From the NCBI RefSeq assembly GCF_037042905.1, contig NC_087252.1, forward strand, positions 19,222,001-19,286,000: a DNA stretch of 64,000 nucleotides, given 5' to 3'. The DNA comes from Lytechinus pictus. Taxonomy: Eukaryota. Positions 49,071-62,170 of this stretch are shown here, piece by piece. Under the pieces are notes generated by a model, which had not been told where the DNA came from, made no database searches, and saw nothing but the letters and a program-made list of their open reading frames with translations. The translations under genes and the position numbers were made by a program. The number at the start of each line of letters is the position of its first letter. The stretch's first letter is position 1.

Positions 49071-52000
49071 TAAATTTTCACTGGAAGAAATAGGAATTTG
49101 CTGATGCAAAAATATAAAAAGTAATTTTCCTTGTAGACAATTACTTTTCTTTTATTTTTATAACTTTACATATTAGGCTGGAGGTTTTTTTTTTATTAGT
49201 TGCCCCTATACCCTTCCCTAAAGAGGAAAATATGAGAAAAGAGATACTTCATTAATTTTCTTAGAAAGGATAAACGTTGATGGAGAAAAATAGTTACAAA
49301 AAGCCCGATGTCAACCCCCAAAGAGTGGTTTGGATTTTAACACTACAATATTTATAGGCCAAAACATATTTGTAAGAAAATGGTATCCTAGCTGAGATCG
49401 GTGCTCATGATGATTTTAAAGTAATACCTAATCTAGTTTGCCCTTTCCCTGTGCCAATTGAAATGTTTCATCACGTACAATCTGCTTCTAAAGGTCAAAG
49501 GTTATTTTCAATATTTCCATAAACAACAATAAGTAAACATAATGATAATGACGAGAATCGAGCAATGCCGGAACAAACACGCAAACAGTTTATACCGGAG
49601 TTTACAGGGGAAAAAATGTGGTAGGAACAATTAAAGAAGTTCTGACCCCATTTTACAACGTATATTTATGCCTACACAGTCCGAAGATTGTAGAAAAGAA
49701 TGCTAATCCTAACTTCTTGAAATAAAATGTTTCGTGATAGCATAAAGTACAATAGGGCGCAGAAACTACGACTGTGCTATCTAATAAGGCTATAATGATA
49801 AATTATGCTTGTTATTAAATATATATTACTACTATCATTATTACTATCAGCTGTTAGATTGGATATTGTTGAGTCACATTTGGCCATTGAAAAATTTAGG
49901 AAGTCACTATATACCATCCAAAAAGCATCATCAAATCTTTGTTTTTATTTTTATTTTTTTCCTATTATTTTTACTTTTAAAGCAATGCACATTTCAGATG
50001 CGTGATTGACTTGGCCAAGGAGTTAATACCAGCAATTTTTTTGGAGAGATTGCAAAAAGACATAAACCAAAATAAAACGATGGGTATTCTGAACACTGTT
50101 TATTCATCAAGATAATGTGTACAAAATTATGCCCCCCCCCCCCCGGGTTTTCATCTTTCTGGAGGAAGCATGCATTGGCACTCGTCCCTTCGATTTTTTT
50201 TAGGTAGTGAGAAAAATGAGAAAAGGGAGGGGTAAGAGGGGATTGTATTCATTTTTTTTTTTGGGGGGGGGGGGTAGAAAAAGAGGAAAACATGTACGAA
50301 AAAGAAAGATCCAAATTGGCTATATAAGTCCATATTACCCTTTGTTTTTTTTTAAGAAAAGCCACCGTCAATTAAAATTATTTTGCGCCCTACAAAATGG
50401 ATTGGTACCGCTCGTGCCACTCTCTCCTCTCCAGCGGTGTAATGAGGAAAAATAAATAAATAATAAATGAATTAATTGATTGCTTAATTAATCAATTAAA
50501 AAGATAAATGAATAAATATATAAATAAAGGAATAAAAAAGATAAATAAATTAATAAATAAACCAAATATCGTGAAAGCTGTGAGAAAGCTGAAGCAAATA
50601 TTCGTTTTCACTTTTTAATACAATATCATTATTCTATTCAGAAAATGTCAATATCATGATTCACCCTACTTGTTTCCTTCCCACTCTTTTTATTTTTTTT
50701 TGTCTTGGTCTTGAAACTGTATGCAAGTACTCCCTCCTTTCTCCCCGGACCGTACCCTTATTCTCTTTTTCGCTTCTTCTTCTTCTCATCATCATCATCA
50801 TCATCATCATGATCATCATCAACATCGTCACCATCTCCCTCTCCTTCTCCAAGTTTCTCTTTCTTTCTCTCTCATGCTACATCATATCCAGATACGAAAA
50901 CCTTTTTTTAATTTCAAATGGATTTGCATTGGGTTTTTAATATAGTTTTCGTTGTCAATCAGCACACATGGATTCGACAGGGGCGTATATTTAGGAACGA
51001 TATATGATTTGAAAACTTTCCCATTTTTGATGCTTCAGAAAACAATATTCACCGATTGGTATTAACTCAAACATCTAAACATTATATACAGTATATAGCA
51101 CTCGTCTAGTCTGATGACAGTATATAGATCATAAATGAATGAAGACTAAAAATCCCTGTAAGTTATTCATTTAGTCAGGGCGGCGACCCCCCAATTTAAA
51201 GATAGAATAAAAATAATAAAGTAAATAAAGAGAAGAAAAGTCGCAATTTTGAGCGGTTTGTTTATCTAAATTCTTCTTTCTCGCTCTTAGTGTGAGTGTT
51301 CAAAAGCTTAGAATTTTCTAAAAATAATGTCAACTTATGTAGCAGTAAGAGCAATGTAAATTCATTGAATATGCTGAATTGTTTGTACATTGAACTTTAA
51401 GCTTGTTATGCTATAGTCGACATTAATTTTTCATACAAATTAATAAAGAGATGAATAAAAAGTAGATGAATAAATAGATACCCAATGTGTTAATCATTGA
51501 TAAATCATCAAATAAAATAAGTAAATCAATAAGACATAGAAATGAATGAACAGATAGTATACATGGTTTTTGCAGCAGGCAGATATACATGATGGTGGTT
51601 AGAAGTTATCTTGCCCCCCCCCCAAAAAAAAAAAAGTTGGGATTAACTTCTAGGATTAATTCTTTGATTATTTGTAATAAGTAAAATGCTCAAATTCTTT
51701 GTTAATAACTTTACTCCATACACGAGTTAATCAGTCCAATGTAATAATGTGTAATGGGCAAATTGAAGGGCGTTTTTCTCCCTTCAACCAGTTAATAGTG
51801 TGGATTTGCTTTACTAAAATCAGACAAATTGTTGTGTAATAACAATAATATAGCATGGACATGCTGAAACACATCTTCATTTTACTTGAGTTTCGTTTGA
51901 AAGTTCTCATTGCCGTATGCTTCACCCCAAAATATTTTCTTGGGGGTGCTGCGTGTATCACTCTCCATAAACAGCACCTCAGGTTTTCTGGAAGATGTGA

Positions 52001-52373
52001 AAAAAAATGAAAAATTGAAAAAGGATTTTGTGACCCCCCCCCCTTTTTTTTTTCTTTTCAAATTTGACGGGACCAATTAGACTCCCATTTTGTAATGCCT
52101 CGGCACCAAATTGAGTTCCAATTCGTAGCGAAAATCTTTTTTCTTTCTTCGTTTCGAATTCACATCAGCACCCCACTTAAAAAATCGTTGCCAGGGCCCT
52201 GGGACTGGGACGCTCTCGCCTATAGAATTCAGTTTGCAAATCTTTACATTTTCAATTCTAAAAATGAATACAGGATAAAGACACTCTTTTTATCAACTAG
52301 GTTACTTCGTTCATTTGCTTTTGTCTCATTGACCATTAAGTAGTTTTGCCCTGTAGGTAAAAGAATTATAAAT

Positions 52374-53291
52374 ATGAGGATGACTCCTGGAGCTCTCAAT
52401 AATGCACTGGTTAAACTCCAGAATTGTATATCAGATATAAGACAGTGGATGATAGTGAATAAGCTAAAATTAAATGACAAAAAAAAACTGAATTTTTTGT
52501 TGCGGCCTCTACTTATAACTTGCGCAATCTTCCAAATGTTCAACTTGATGTTGATGGTACACTTTTTAGACCATCAGAAAAAATAAGAAACCTTGGTGTC
52601 ATATTTGATTCCCGCATGTCAATGTCGTACCATATCTCTCATATCTGTAGCACAGTCACTTTTTATTTAAGGAACATTTCTAGAATCAGAAGGTTCATTG
52701 ACCAGTCTGCCTGTCACAATGCTGTTCGTTCATTGGTTCTGTCTCGTATTGATTATTGCAATGGGCTCCTTTCTACAATTCCCTCTAATCAATTAATTCG
52801 TATTCAACGACTACAAAATTGGGCAGCACGATTAATTTTACAGGTTTCCCGAGATCATCCTTCCCAACCACTCTTTAATTCTCTTCACTGGCTTCCTTTT
52901 AAACAGAGAATTACGTTCAAATTACTCTTGATTGTCTACAAAACACTGAATAAACAGGCTCCACAGTATTTAAGTAACTGCTTGAATCTGTATACACCAA
53001 CTAGAGCACTTAGGTCGGCCAGTGATCACCTTCGCCTCACATATTCATTAACTCGTACATTAGCTGGTGACAGAACTTTTACAGTGTCGGCTTCAAAATC
53101 CTGGAACGACCTGCCACCAATAATTAGACAGTCTCCAACATTAGCAATTTTCAAAAAGTCATTAAAAACTCATCTCTTTCGTACTTTGTAGTTTTTAAAA
53201 TATTACATTTAATTAATTCATTGTAAGCGCTTTGGGCCTAATGGGAAAAGCGCAGTACAAATAATAAGTAATAATAATAATAATAATAATA
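52374..53291 (+). mobile_element. 5'-truncated L2/CR1-group LINE (C-terminal reverse-transcriptase region, frameshifted) with intact 3' end
   Basis: WMIVNKLKLNDKK / RNLGVIFD / SRIDYCNGLL / LQNWAARLI / LHWLP / FKKSLKTHLF motifs; frameshift near the A-run at ~52480; aagcgct...aagcgc stem then a (TAA)n tail. Confidence 0.92.
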
Positions 53292-54329
53292 GTGATGATA
53301 ATTGTGATGATGATACGAAGTGGATAAAAGAAGGAGGAGGAAGAAGTTGATAATGAAGACGATGATGATGATGTATAAAGCCTGAATATGATAAAACAAA
53401 CCAAAACAAAACAACAGTACTACAAAATGCGAACCCTTTCAGTACAGTGACTTGCAGATAAATCGCAGAGTAAAGTTTTAAATTGTCAAAATCTTTCTCT
53501 TTTTTAAAATTTCATGCAGGTGCAAACAGATACAAAGGATGAAAGATTATTGAATGAAAGAATGATATTCAATAAGATGTGATATACGTCTTGTGTCTTT
53601 AATTCAGATGTTATTCCCTTCTCCCACTCAGCTGCTTTATTATTTCATCAAAGTTTTCTTTAAAAGAATGTTCTAAGGGGTTGATCCAATATCAATATAG
53701 GGGGTGAAGAAAACTTTTTAAGAACAACGAGTAAAAATGGAAAAAATAAAGATATTGGATCACTATCCAGCATATAGAACCTCGTCGAAGAAATTAGGAG
53801 TTGCAGCATTTTCCATCAATCTTCCCCAGCTTATTTTCTTTATGTCTTCTTTGATTATTCTTTATTATCATTTTTATTGTAAATTTCAGGATGAAATATG
53901 CCTTGTACTTATCGACGATGTTTTGCCCCGGATATGTTCCCAGTGTTTCAATCCAGTTAAAGAAAAGCCAAAATTCGATATCTCTCGATGAGGGTGTGCG
54001 TTGTGTTCTCCCACATTGTCGGATATCCGGATACGCGCGCGTTCTTTCACCCCTTTTTATTTGCTATGGACTTGCCCATTACATTTGCTTACGAACACCG
54101 CATCGTGTGCGTGCGTGCCGGCTACATGGAATATAATATCTGGCATCCGTTTGAACACTGATGGTGTGTTTCCATAACCATCAAGTCCCATTGCATTTGT
54201 TGCAGCTTATTTGTTATGATAATTGAATAAATATGGAAATTCCGGATCTGGGAGTGGGAGGAAAGATAAGGGGAAATATTCACCTCCCTTGACTGAAGCT
54301 TTATTTGTGTGCGGTGTGGGGGAATCATA

Positions 54330-54480
54330 CGTCGCGCAGTGTGAACGCTCCTCCTAAAAATGGTTGTATGCAAATTAGGCGGGAGTGGAGGGGAGACGTG
54401 TGATTATGTTGTGTGGGGGAGTAGGGATGTGGAAAAGGAGTGTTCTCAGGGGCGGGGTGCGTTAGATTTGCATGCCTTTC
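54330..54480. promoter_or_regulatory. Candidate cis-regulatory module with two octamer motifs
   Basis: ATGCAAAT at 54368, ATTTGCAT at 54466, GC box GGGGCGGGG at ~54449, within a CpG-rich patch. Confidence 0.35.
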
Positions 54481-56238
54481 AAAAACAAAAACTTTTAGTG
54501 GGTTTTTTTGTCTCTCTATTTCTTTATCCCCTTTCCCTTTCTTATATATATATTTTTCTCGTTATATACTCACTCTCAAAACGAGTGGCATCTTCTTTAT
54601 CATCGTGTCAGAATTTATATGATAACAGTGCGGAATAATCGCCCTCTTTGAATGGTCTGTTCGGAGTTTTACATATACTTAAACTCGATATACTCATAAG
54701 TTAATTCTTAAAGTTCTAAACTAATATGTTTGGAAATCAAAGGGATCATTAATTGCTTGGCGATAAAGACAAGTAATAAGATATTCATTTTTCTCAAACA
54801 ATTATCACAAGGGTACCATACGCAACTGCTGTGTGAAGCCTAATATGTTTCTAATATGTTTGGAAATTGTGAAAACTAATATACTCAACCCATACGAGTT
54901 TGATGCATAATAATCAGCCATTTTCATTCACTTTATTTTATTTATCTTTTTGTTCGGGGGGGGGGTGCTTATAAGGTTGTTGTCTTGTTTCTGTCGAAGA
55001 CTCGAATAATTTTTTTTGCCTTATTTGCATTCAGACATATTATATATCAATCATAATGGATGAATTAGGGTTTATCTTTTGCAAATATATTGTAAAGCGC
55101 ATTGAACTGGTAATGTAGTGCATGCGCTATACATTTAATGTAACTTTCAGATGCACTATCAAACGAAAAACCTTTCAAAATTGTGACTCCAAAGGGCTTA
55201 TAGTGCGTGAAAAGCAGAAAATATTCAACTTAGCTTTCTTGTTTGTTATTGTCTTTATTGTATAAAATTGCTGCTCTGATAAGCAGCAATTTTCGATTCC
55301 GATTTCATTTTAGTTTTATATAAATGCGTTTTATTATGTAATAAAAACACGTTATACTATATACATATGACCAAAATGAGTGAAAACAACATAAAAAAAC
55401 CCGAACAAACAAAACACAAAGATTATCTTTAAAAGGGCAGAAATTAGTTTGAAATAGACAGCTTTTTAATAATAACTTTTTAGATCATGCATCATGTTTC
55501 TTTTTCTTTCAATTCCATTCTGATGAAAATCAACCCTTTATTTTCCGAAAGTTAAAACATTTTGGAGCTAAGTAACAATATCCACTCCAAACTTCAAGGA
55601 TTGAAATTATTGCAGATCGACAGTGATCACTGACCAGAGTAGAAGTCTACCCTAATTACTTCAGGGTTGTTTTCTTCTCTAAGAATTTAAATTTTCATTT
55701 TGTATTTTACAACGGATTCTAAGAAGAAAATGCAAGTTTCCATATTACTTATAATAATCATGATTCATTAAGGGTAAAATATCTTGTTTAACATCCACAT
55801 AACAAAAAAAATCAATTAAAAAGTCACAAAATATTTCACTTTCTTCTGTAGAGAATGATGATAAAATTGTTCAGCCTAATATATCACAAGAATATTGTTT
55901 GCTGGTGCCGAAAGTTCAATGCTTATTATTTCCCAGATGTTTTGGTGATGTCAGTAGCGTAATTACAATTACCAAAAACAAAGGGCCAGACATGGCATAT
56001 TGGGCAAAATTTCTATTATATAAAGCTTCGAGCGAGCGAAGCAAAGGAACAAAAATTTTGACCTTATTATAATTGTGATTGATTTTACATGATTATTCAG
56101 AAAATAATATCATACTTCACCCCCTTTTTTTTCTGTCGCCCCCCCCCCCCACCGCCCTCTTAGTGGTCGTGAAAATGTTCGGGCTCCACGGCCCAAAGCC
56201 GCCCATCTGCACGCAAATTGTCGATCTATTGCTAATAC

Positions 56239-56404
56239 CAGGGGCGGATCCAGCATTTTCCAAAGGGGGGCACATTTTCCCGATGAAATTTGATAAGCAA
56301 AAAAAAAAAGGTCCTCACTTTTAAGGGGGGGGGGGCACACTTGAGTAAAACGGTACATTACACATTTTGAGTATGGCTCTCAAAAGGGGGAGACACGGGC
56401 ACTG
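56239..56404. mobile_element. Short hAT-like element with 8-bp TSD
   Basis: GCTAATAC|CAGGGGCGGATCC ... GGGCACTG|GCTAATAC. Confidence 0.75.
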
Positions 56405-57099
56405 GCTAATACTGTGTCACTGACAATTTTGGGTATTTTTACCCTCTAGGTAAAAAAAAAAAAAAAAACCTGATGAGGCCTATGTTTATGATTATGATGA
56501 TGACGACGAAGATGATGATGATCGCAATGACGATGGTGATGGTGGTGGTGGTGTTTTGAAATTATGAGATTTTTCATCGACCACATATATGTATTTCTCA
56601 AGAAACCCCCAAAAAAGTGAGTAGATATTTTTATTTTCCTTTTATTTCATATATGATTCGATATCTAACACAATTACATCAATCGAAAAATTAATTTAAA
56701 ACACATGTATAATTATACTTGCAGAATCCCTGATCGGGCGCAATACCAAACAAGTTTCCAGAGTTAAGAACAAAATTAATGAACTACAATATTGGTTATG
56801 AAGTTAAATACTTTTTTTCTTTGTTCCTTCTTCGTAAATAAATATTTAGTTTTTCCATTGAAGAAGAAATAGTTCATCAAGGGCCTATTGTTAAAATAAG
56901 CATTATTCTTCTCTGAGATATAGCGAAGGATGAAGAGATAAAAAATTAAATCTGAATTTTGGCGTATTATGCGATTATTTTATCCACTGAACCACCATTG
57001 TTGTAGATAACTAGATGAGAGATTTGTAAGAGAGAAGAGGATACAATTTTTTTCTTTATCAATCATTATCTCTGCAAACGGCCTCCCCTCGCCCCCGCT

Positions 57100-57270
57100 T
57101 TATTCAGTCAACTGACATCCCATAATGCTTACCAGTCACAAGCGTGACGTCACAAGGCTCTGCAATAAAGATGAACGGCCAATCAGAATCGAGACTGGCC
57201 TTGATATGCAAATTAGGTTGGTGGGCGCGCGAGGCGATCGTTTTCACAGGGGCTCCGAGTGACGTCACTG
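57100..57270. promoter_or_regulatory. Candidate promoter/enhancer: CRE - CCAAT - octamer - CRE
   Basis: TGACGTCA at 57145 and 57260, CCAATCAG at 57179, ATGCAAAT at 57206. Confidence 0.45.
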
Positions 57271-60200
57271 AACTGTGGCGTAGCAAGGGCCATAAAGAAA
57301 ATAGAGAGGGGGGGGGGGGCAATACTAGATATGCATATATATATACCGGTATCATACAATGATTGTACGTTCAGTTGGAATACTAGTATACTGCATTGAT
57401 GTTGTCCTCGATTTCTCTTTCGCTCTCTCACCAATTATGTTTCGGTCTCTTTCGTTCTCTCTCTCTTTCTCTCCATCTCTCTCCTTCCCAGTTCCTTTGC
57501 CATGATAGCGTTATCCTTATCTCATTACACGTGGCATTCCTCCTCCACTCTTTCTCTCTTTCATACGTTCATTTCGATTTTGTGTCATCTTTTTTCCCGT
57601 GTGTCGGGAGTGGGCTGGTGGGGGGGGGGGGGGGGCTTTACTATAAAGAATTGTACAATTTGTTTAATTACTGCAGAGCTATTATCTCACATTTTTAACA
57701 CGAAAAAGTGATATTTCCTTGATATTCGCACATTTGCCAATCTAAAAGTATAAATTATTTTCAAGCATACCACCTCCAAAAACTCAAACTCCAAAAGAAA
57801 ATAAAAACAACCAAACAAAAAAGGGCGGTTATTCCCCAACTTTTTTTTCTTGAAACGCTAAATTTGTATAATACATTCTTATCAATAAAATTAAACAATC
57901 GTAATAATTAGTTATCTCCCTTCATGTCCTTACGTCAAAATATGATAAACTATAGTTATTAAGTAACAAACAACATTATCAATAGTACCACTGATATGGG
58001 AATCTAGATTAACTACAACGTAGGTATTATTGTCATTATCCCAAAAGGCCACCAGATTTAATTCAGCGTAGTTGAAAGTTAACTCTTAAAAAGAGTTAAG
58101 AAAACGACAAATTCTGCTTTAAAACATGATAAACGTATAAGTTAATTTGATTTTTTAATGTGTTTTCACCCGGGCTGCCATTTTTAAAGTAATTTGTTTA
58201 AGATGGCAATCTTTCACCAACAGATTTGATAATAGATAATTTTTGTTTGGAATGATAAGTTTTTTTACAACCACTTCAAGCTCAGAATCTTCCTCATTAA
58301 AAAATAATAATAATAACTCGATATTGTTCCCTAACACTGTTTTCTATTTTATCCTACACAACCAATTTAACCCTCGTGTTTTTTAAAGAAGATTTGCAAG
58401 AGGTTAATACATGTACATGAAAGTGAAATTAAAATACGTGTCTATATAACAAGAAAATTATTTTTTCCAAAAAGTAAAGTGAAATTAGTATAGAGTGAAA
58501 AATTACATTACTTTATCCGTCCATGCAAAGTCCACAGACAAGGTCAAATGTAAGTTGGGAATTGCGAAATAAAAGTAGATAAAGGACGTTTATCCATTTC
58601 AAGGATGACTATTATTCAAGAAAAATAAAGAACAAATTGTGAAATAAAATGGTGATACACAGATTATAAAGGGACTTTAAGCGAATGCAATGAGAGGCGA
58701 CGGCGAAAAAATTAAAGTCCTTCAAGGAAAAATGAAGATGAGAAAGAAACAAATAAAATGAAACATGAGAAGAATAACAAAGAATAAATGAATTCCATCC
58801 ATGAATTTTCTTTTTGTTCATTCAACCTCAGGCAAAGTGACCTACTTATGATTCAGTCAGAGGGTAGCAACAGGAATATCATAAATATAATTTATTTGTA
58901 ATGAAAAATATGAGCGTTCGGAGAGAGGTAAAAGAGGAGGAGCTGGAAGAGACGGATACAGTTTGGGTATAGTAATGTACGTTTATATGTATGCTAACCG
59001 ATTATAGCGAATTGTCGAAAATTATATCATCCATGCAGGGATGTGGGCTTGGATCCTAAAGGGTCAAGATCGGAGATGGAGGTTGCATAGGCAAATAAAG
59101 CATTGGTGGACCGTGGGATAGAGAGAGAGAGGGGGGGGGCATACATATAGACATACAGAGGAGGGGGTGGAGAGGGGGAGGGGGAAAGGCAGGAAGACAG
59201 AGAGGATGGGGGAAAACATGCACCATCTAAAAAAACGAGTTTGAGGAGCATAAGAAAACATAACATTTATTTTTTGTCATACAAAAGAAACTTTGAAATT
59301 AGCAGAGTGAATTTAGACACAATTAGAACCCCCTCTTTTTAAATAGATAATGTTCATGGGGAGATATCAGCTGCATGGACGAGAATGCGAGTGTCTGGGA
59401 ATGATAAGAAGAAAATATGACTCATCATTCATTATTGTATGATGGATCGACTACAAAAAGAGAGGAAGCTAGGGAGAAGAATATATTGAGAAACGAGGGA
59501 AGGAGAGAGAAGGAACTGAGACGACAATGTTGATTTATAAAAATTATCCCTCAATCTCTGCCATTGTTAGGCATTATAACTATTTGTTATATTTAGGGGA
59601 AGCGCCAGAGTATTTTGAGGGGGGGGGGGTAATGCTCCGTGCCCCCTACGATCTCATTCTCTAGCACTTAATCACCATCCGCTATATTTTCTCTCTCCCC
59701 TTTCTCACCCGACCCCACCCCCTTTCTCTCCATGCTCTTACCTCCCCTCTCTCTCTCTTTCCATGATATTGACTTATTTTGTGAAAAGATACGAAGCGAT
59801 TGGCCATTTGTATATATATTTTTTTTCTACTTTTGTATTATTTATTTAGCTATACTTTAGCCCTATTTTTCGCACATTTACACTTTAGTCTAAATATCAA
59901 ACGTGTAAAAATTGCATCACACAGGACGGCAACTTAAAATCTAATGTCAATTGAAGCAAAAATATCAGAAAATATAAACAAAATATGATTAATGGGTGGA
60001 ATTGTTGCATATGAATCATGGTTTTGAAATATATGTAAGTGTTGGGACAAACTCTTTAAAAAAGGAAAATAGTTGAAATATGGAATATTTCGTAATAGCG
60101 ATCATTGCGTAGAAAAAATATTCATACATTAATAGCAATATATATCATTAAAATAAGTTATACATGTCATCATGAATTAGAGATATCCCTATATAAATCT

Positions 60201-60734
60201 TCATATCTACAACAATGGAATGTTTAAGAATGTCTCTGTGTAGCAGCTCTTTTTTATTTCACATGTATCAAACTCATCTTCAAATAAATACTCTAACATT
60301 CACTTATCAACTTTGCCGTTTTGGAGACATTCTGTATGCGCGAATGCCGAGGCGGAATGACAAATGTAACTTGACTTTAAACCAAATTATCATACCAAAC
60401 TTGTGCTGATATGAATTTATAAACATCTTATTCTTAATTAATCTGAAAAGTTTCGGATAATAGTATGAATTATATGACACCTGTAAAGATACTTGTCATA
60501 TGATTGGTTGTTTGATGTCGATCATTCAGCCCATTTTTTAATGTTGTCATCATCCTTGCAATTTTGGATCCATTCATCGCCTCGTCGAATGGATAATTTC
60601 GTCTTTCACCGCATGAAGTATTCTGTACATTGCACTTATAAACATTCGTTACTTGTATACTGAATAGTTTTTGAGTACCTCTTCAAATTAATCGCTCTCT
60701 ACACTAAAAGGAGAACGTAAAGCCATATTGAAAA

Positions 60735-61023
60735 CAAATCCCAGAATGCATTGCCCGTTTGTTGACATTCAGCCTGAAGTAGGGCAAATTGAAAGGTCAC
60801 AGTCGGCGCACGTAAGGCGATGACGGCATTGGCATGCGCGTATAGATCGCCGAGGCTCGCCCTGTCATTATGACGTCATACTTGAATCAAGTGACGTCAC
60901 AATAAATGATTAGTGAACTTGTGTTCCCTGATTTTGAACAGTCTCGTTTCTTTATGACGTCATAATTGAATCAAGTGACATCACATTAGTGAACTTGGGT
61001 TCGCTGATTTTGAAAAGTCTCGT
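60735..61023. promoter_or_regulatory. Candidate regulatory module: Staf/ZNF143-like site plus a duplicated ~83-bp unit with CRE pairs
   Basis: TCCCAGAATGCATTGC at 60739; TGACGTCA at 60872, 60892 and 60955; TGACATCA at 60976. Confidence 0.4.
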
Positions 61024-61887
61024 AAAGTGAGACGCGTAACGTGTAAATTTTAGGGTATCAAAGGTTTTCAAAATTATATCACGTCATGCACATTTAGGCA
61101 TTCGCTAATAGTTCATTTCTAAATTGTGTACGTGATTGTAAGTATGGCTTTAAAAAGATAATATACAACATAAACGCATTCATTTACTTTGCCATTTGGG
61201 AATGTTCCAAATTTCAAACAAACTATTTCAATATTAATCGATACACTCATCATTATAACCTCGTTTTGGGTAGTTGTGTGAATTGTCAAATGTTATGCAC
61301 CTAAAAGTCACTTAATCAACTTTGCCCGATACGGGTGTGTAGCTTTATCAATTCCGTGCAAGCATACTATAAATTACACATTTAGACACATAACTGATAC
61401 TACGATTGCTTTGTGAATGGCATTACGAAGTACTATGGAATTTGTATTTTAAGCAACATGTATTAAAATGCTAAAATTGATTGCAACCATTTACAACTAA
61501 TATATAATTATAGTGTGTTCAATTTTATTTTGTGTCTCCGCCAGTCTACTTTAATAGTTGATTAACTATGGCAGTAAACATGCAGGTAAAGACTGTAAAT
61601 TAACGGAGATGTATACACCTCAACTAACGGTTATTGCAGTGTCTATAAGCAGCATATTGTCACAAGTCCAATAGGTTGGCTGTATTTCGAAATACAGGTT
61701 TCGAAATTTATTCAGCCGGCATCTTTGGTAAACATAAACTATTATATTTCAACTTTAACTTACCATAACAACAACGAATATAATTATAACAATGATAGGT
61801 CGTTTTTTTTTGTACAGGAAAGTAGTAGTTACCTTTTCGTCTGGCATAATTTGGATTAAAGCATGGACCTCAGAGTAGTAGGTCCAG

Positions 61888-62066
61888 GTGGGTGTTTCAT
61901 AAAGCTGTTCGTAAGTTAAGAGCGACTTTAAGAACGACTGGTGATCCTTTCTTGTGGTAGAGTATATACCAAAATGTTCATTGGCGATGGTTTAGCGCGT
62001 AAGAAAGGATCACCAGTCGTTCTTAAAGTCGCTCTTAACTTACGAACAGCTTTATGAAACGGACCC
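61888..62066. mobile_element. Hairpin MITE with 60-bp perfect arms, CAG TSD
   Basis: 61894-61953 is the exact reverse complement of 62001-62060; cag on both flanks. Confidence 0.88.
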
Positions 62067-62170
62067 CAGGATTAAAGGAACATAACGTCTTCGTTGCAGG
62101 TCAAGTTGTCTGAATTTATGAGGAGATGGCTCTGGAATGTGTCATAAAATATGTTGCAACTTTAAATGCT

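Noticed and set aside
52520..53191. 223-aa ORF as a host gene
   Set aside because: It is the C-terminal part of a frameshifted, 5'-truncated LINE ORF2.
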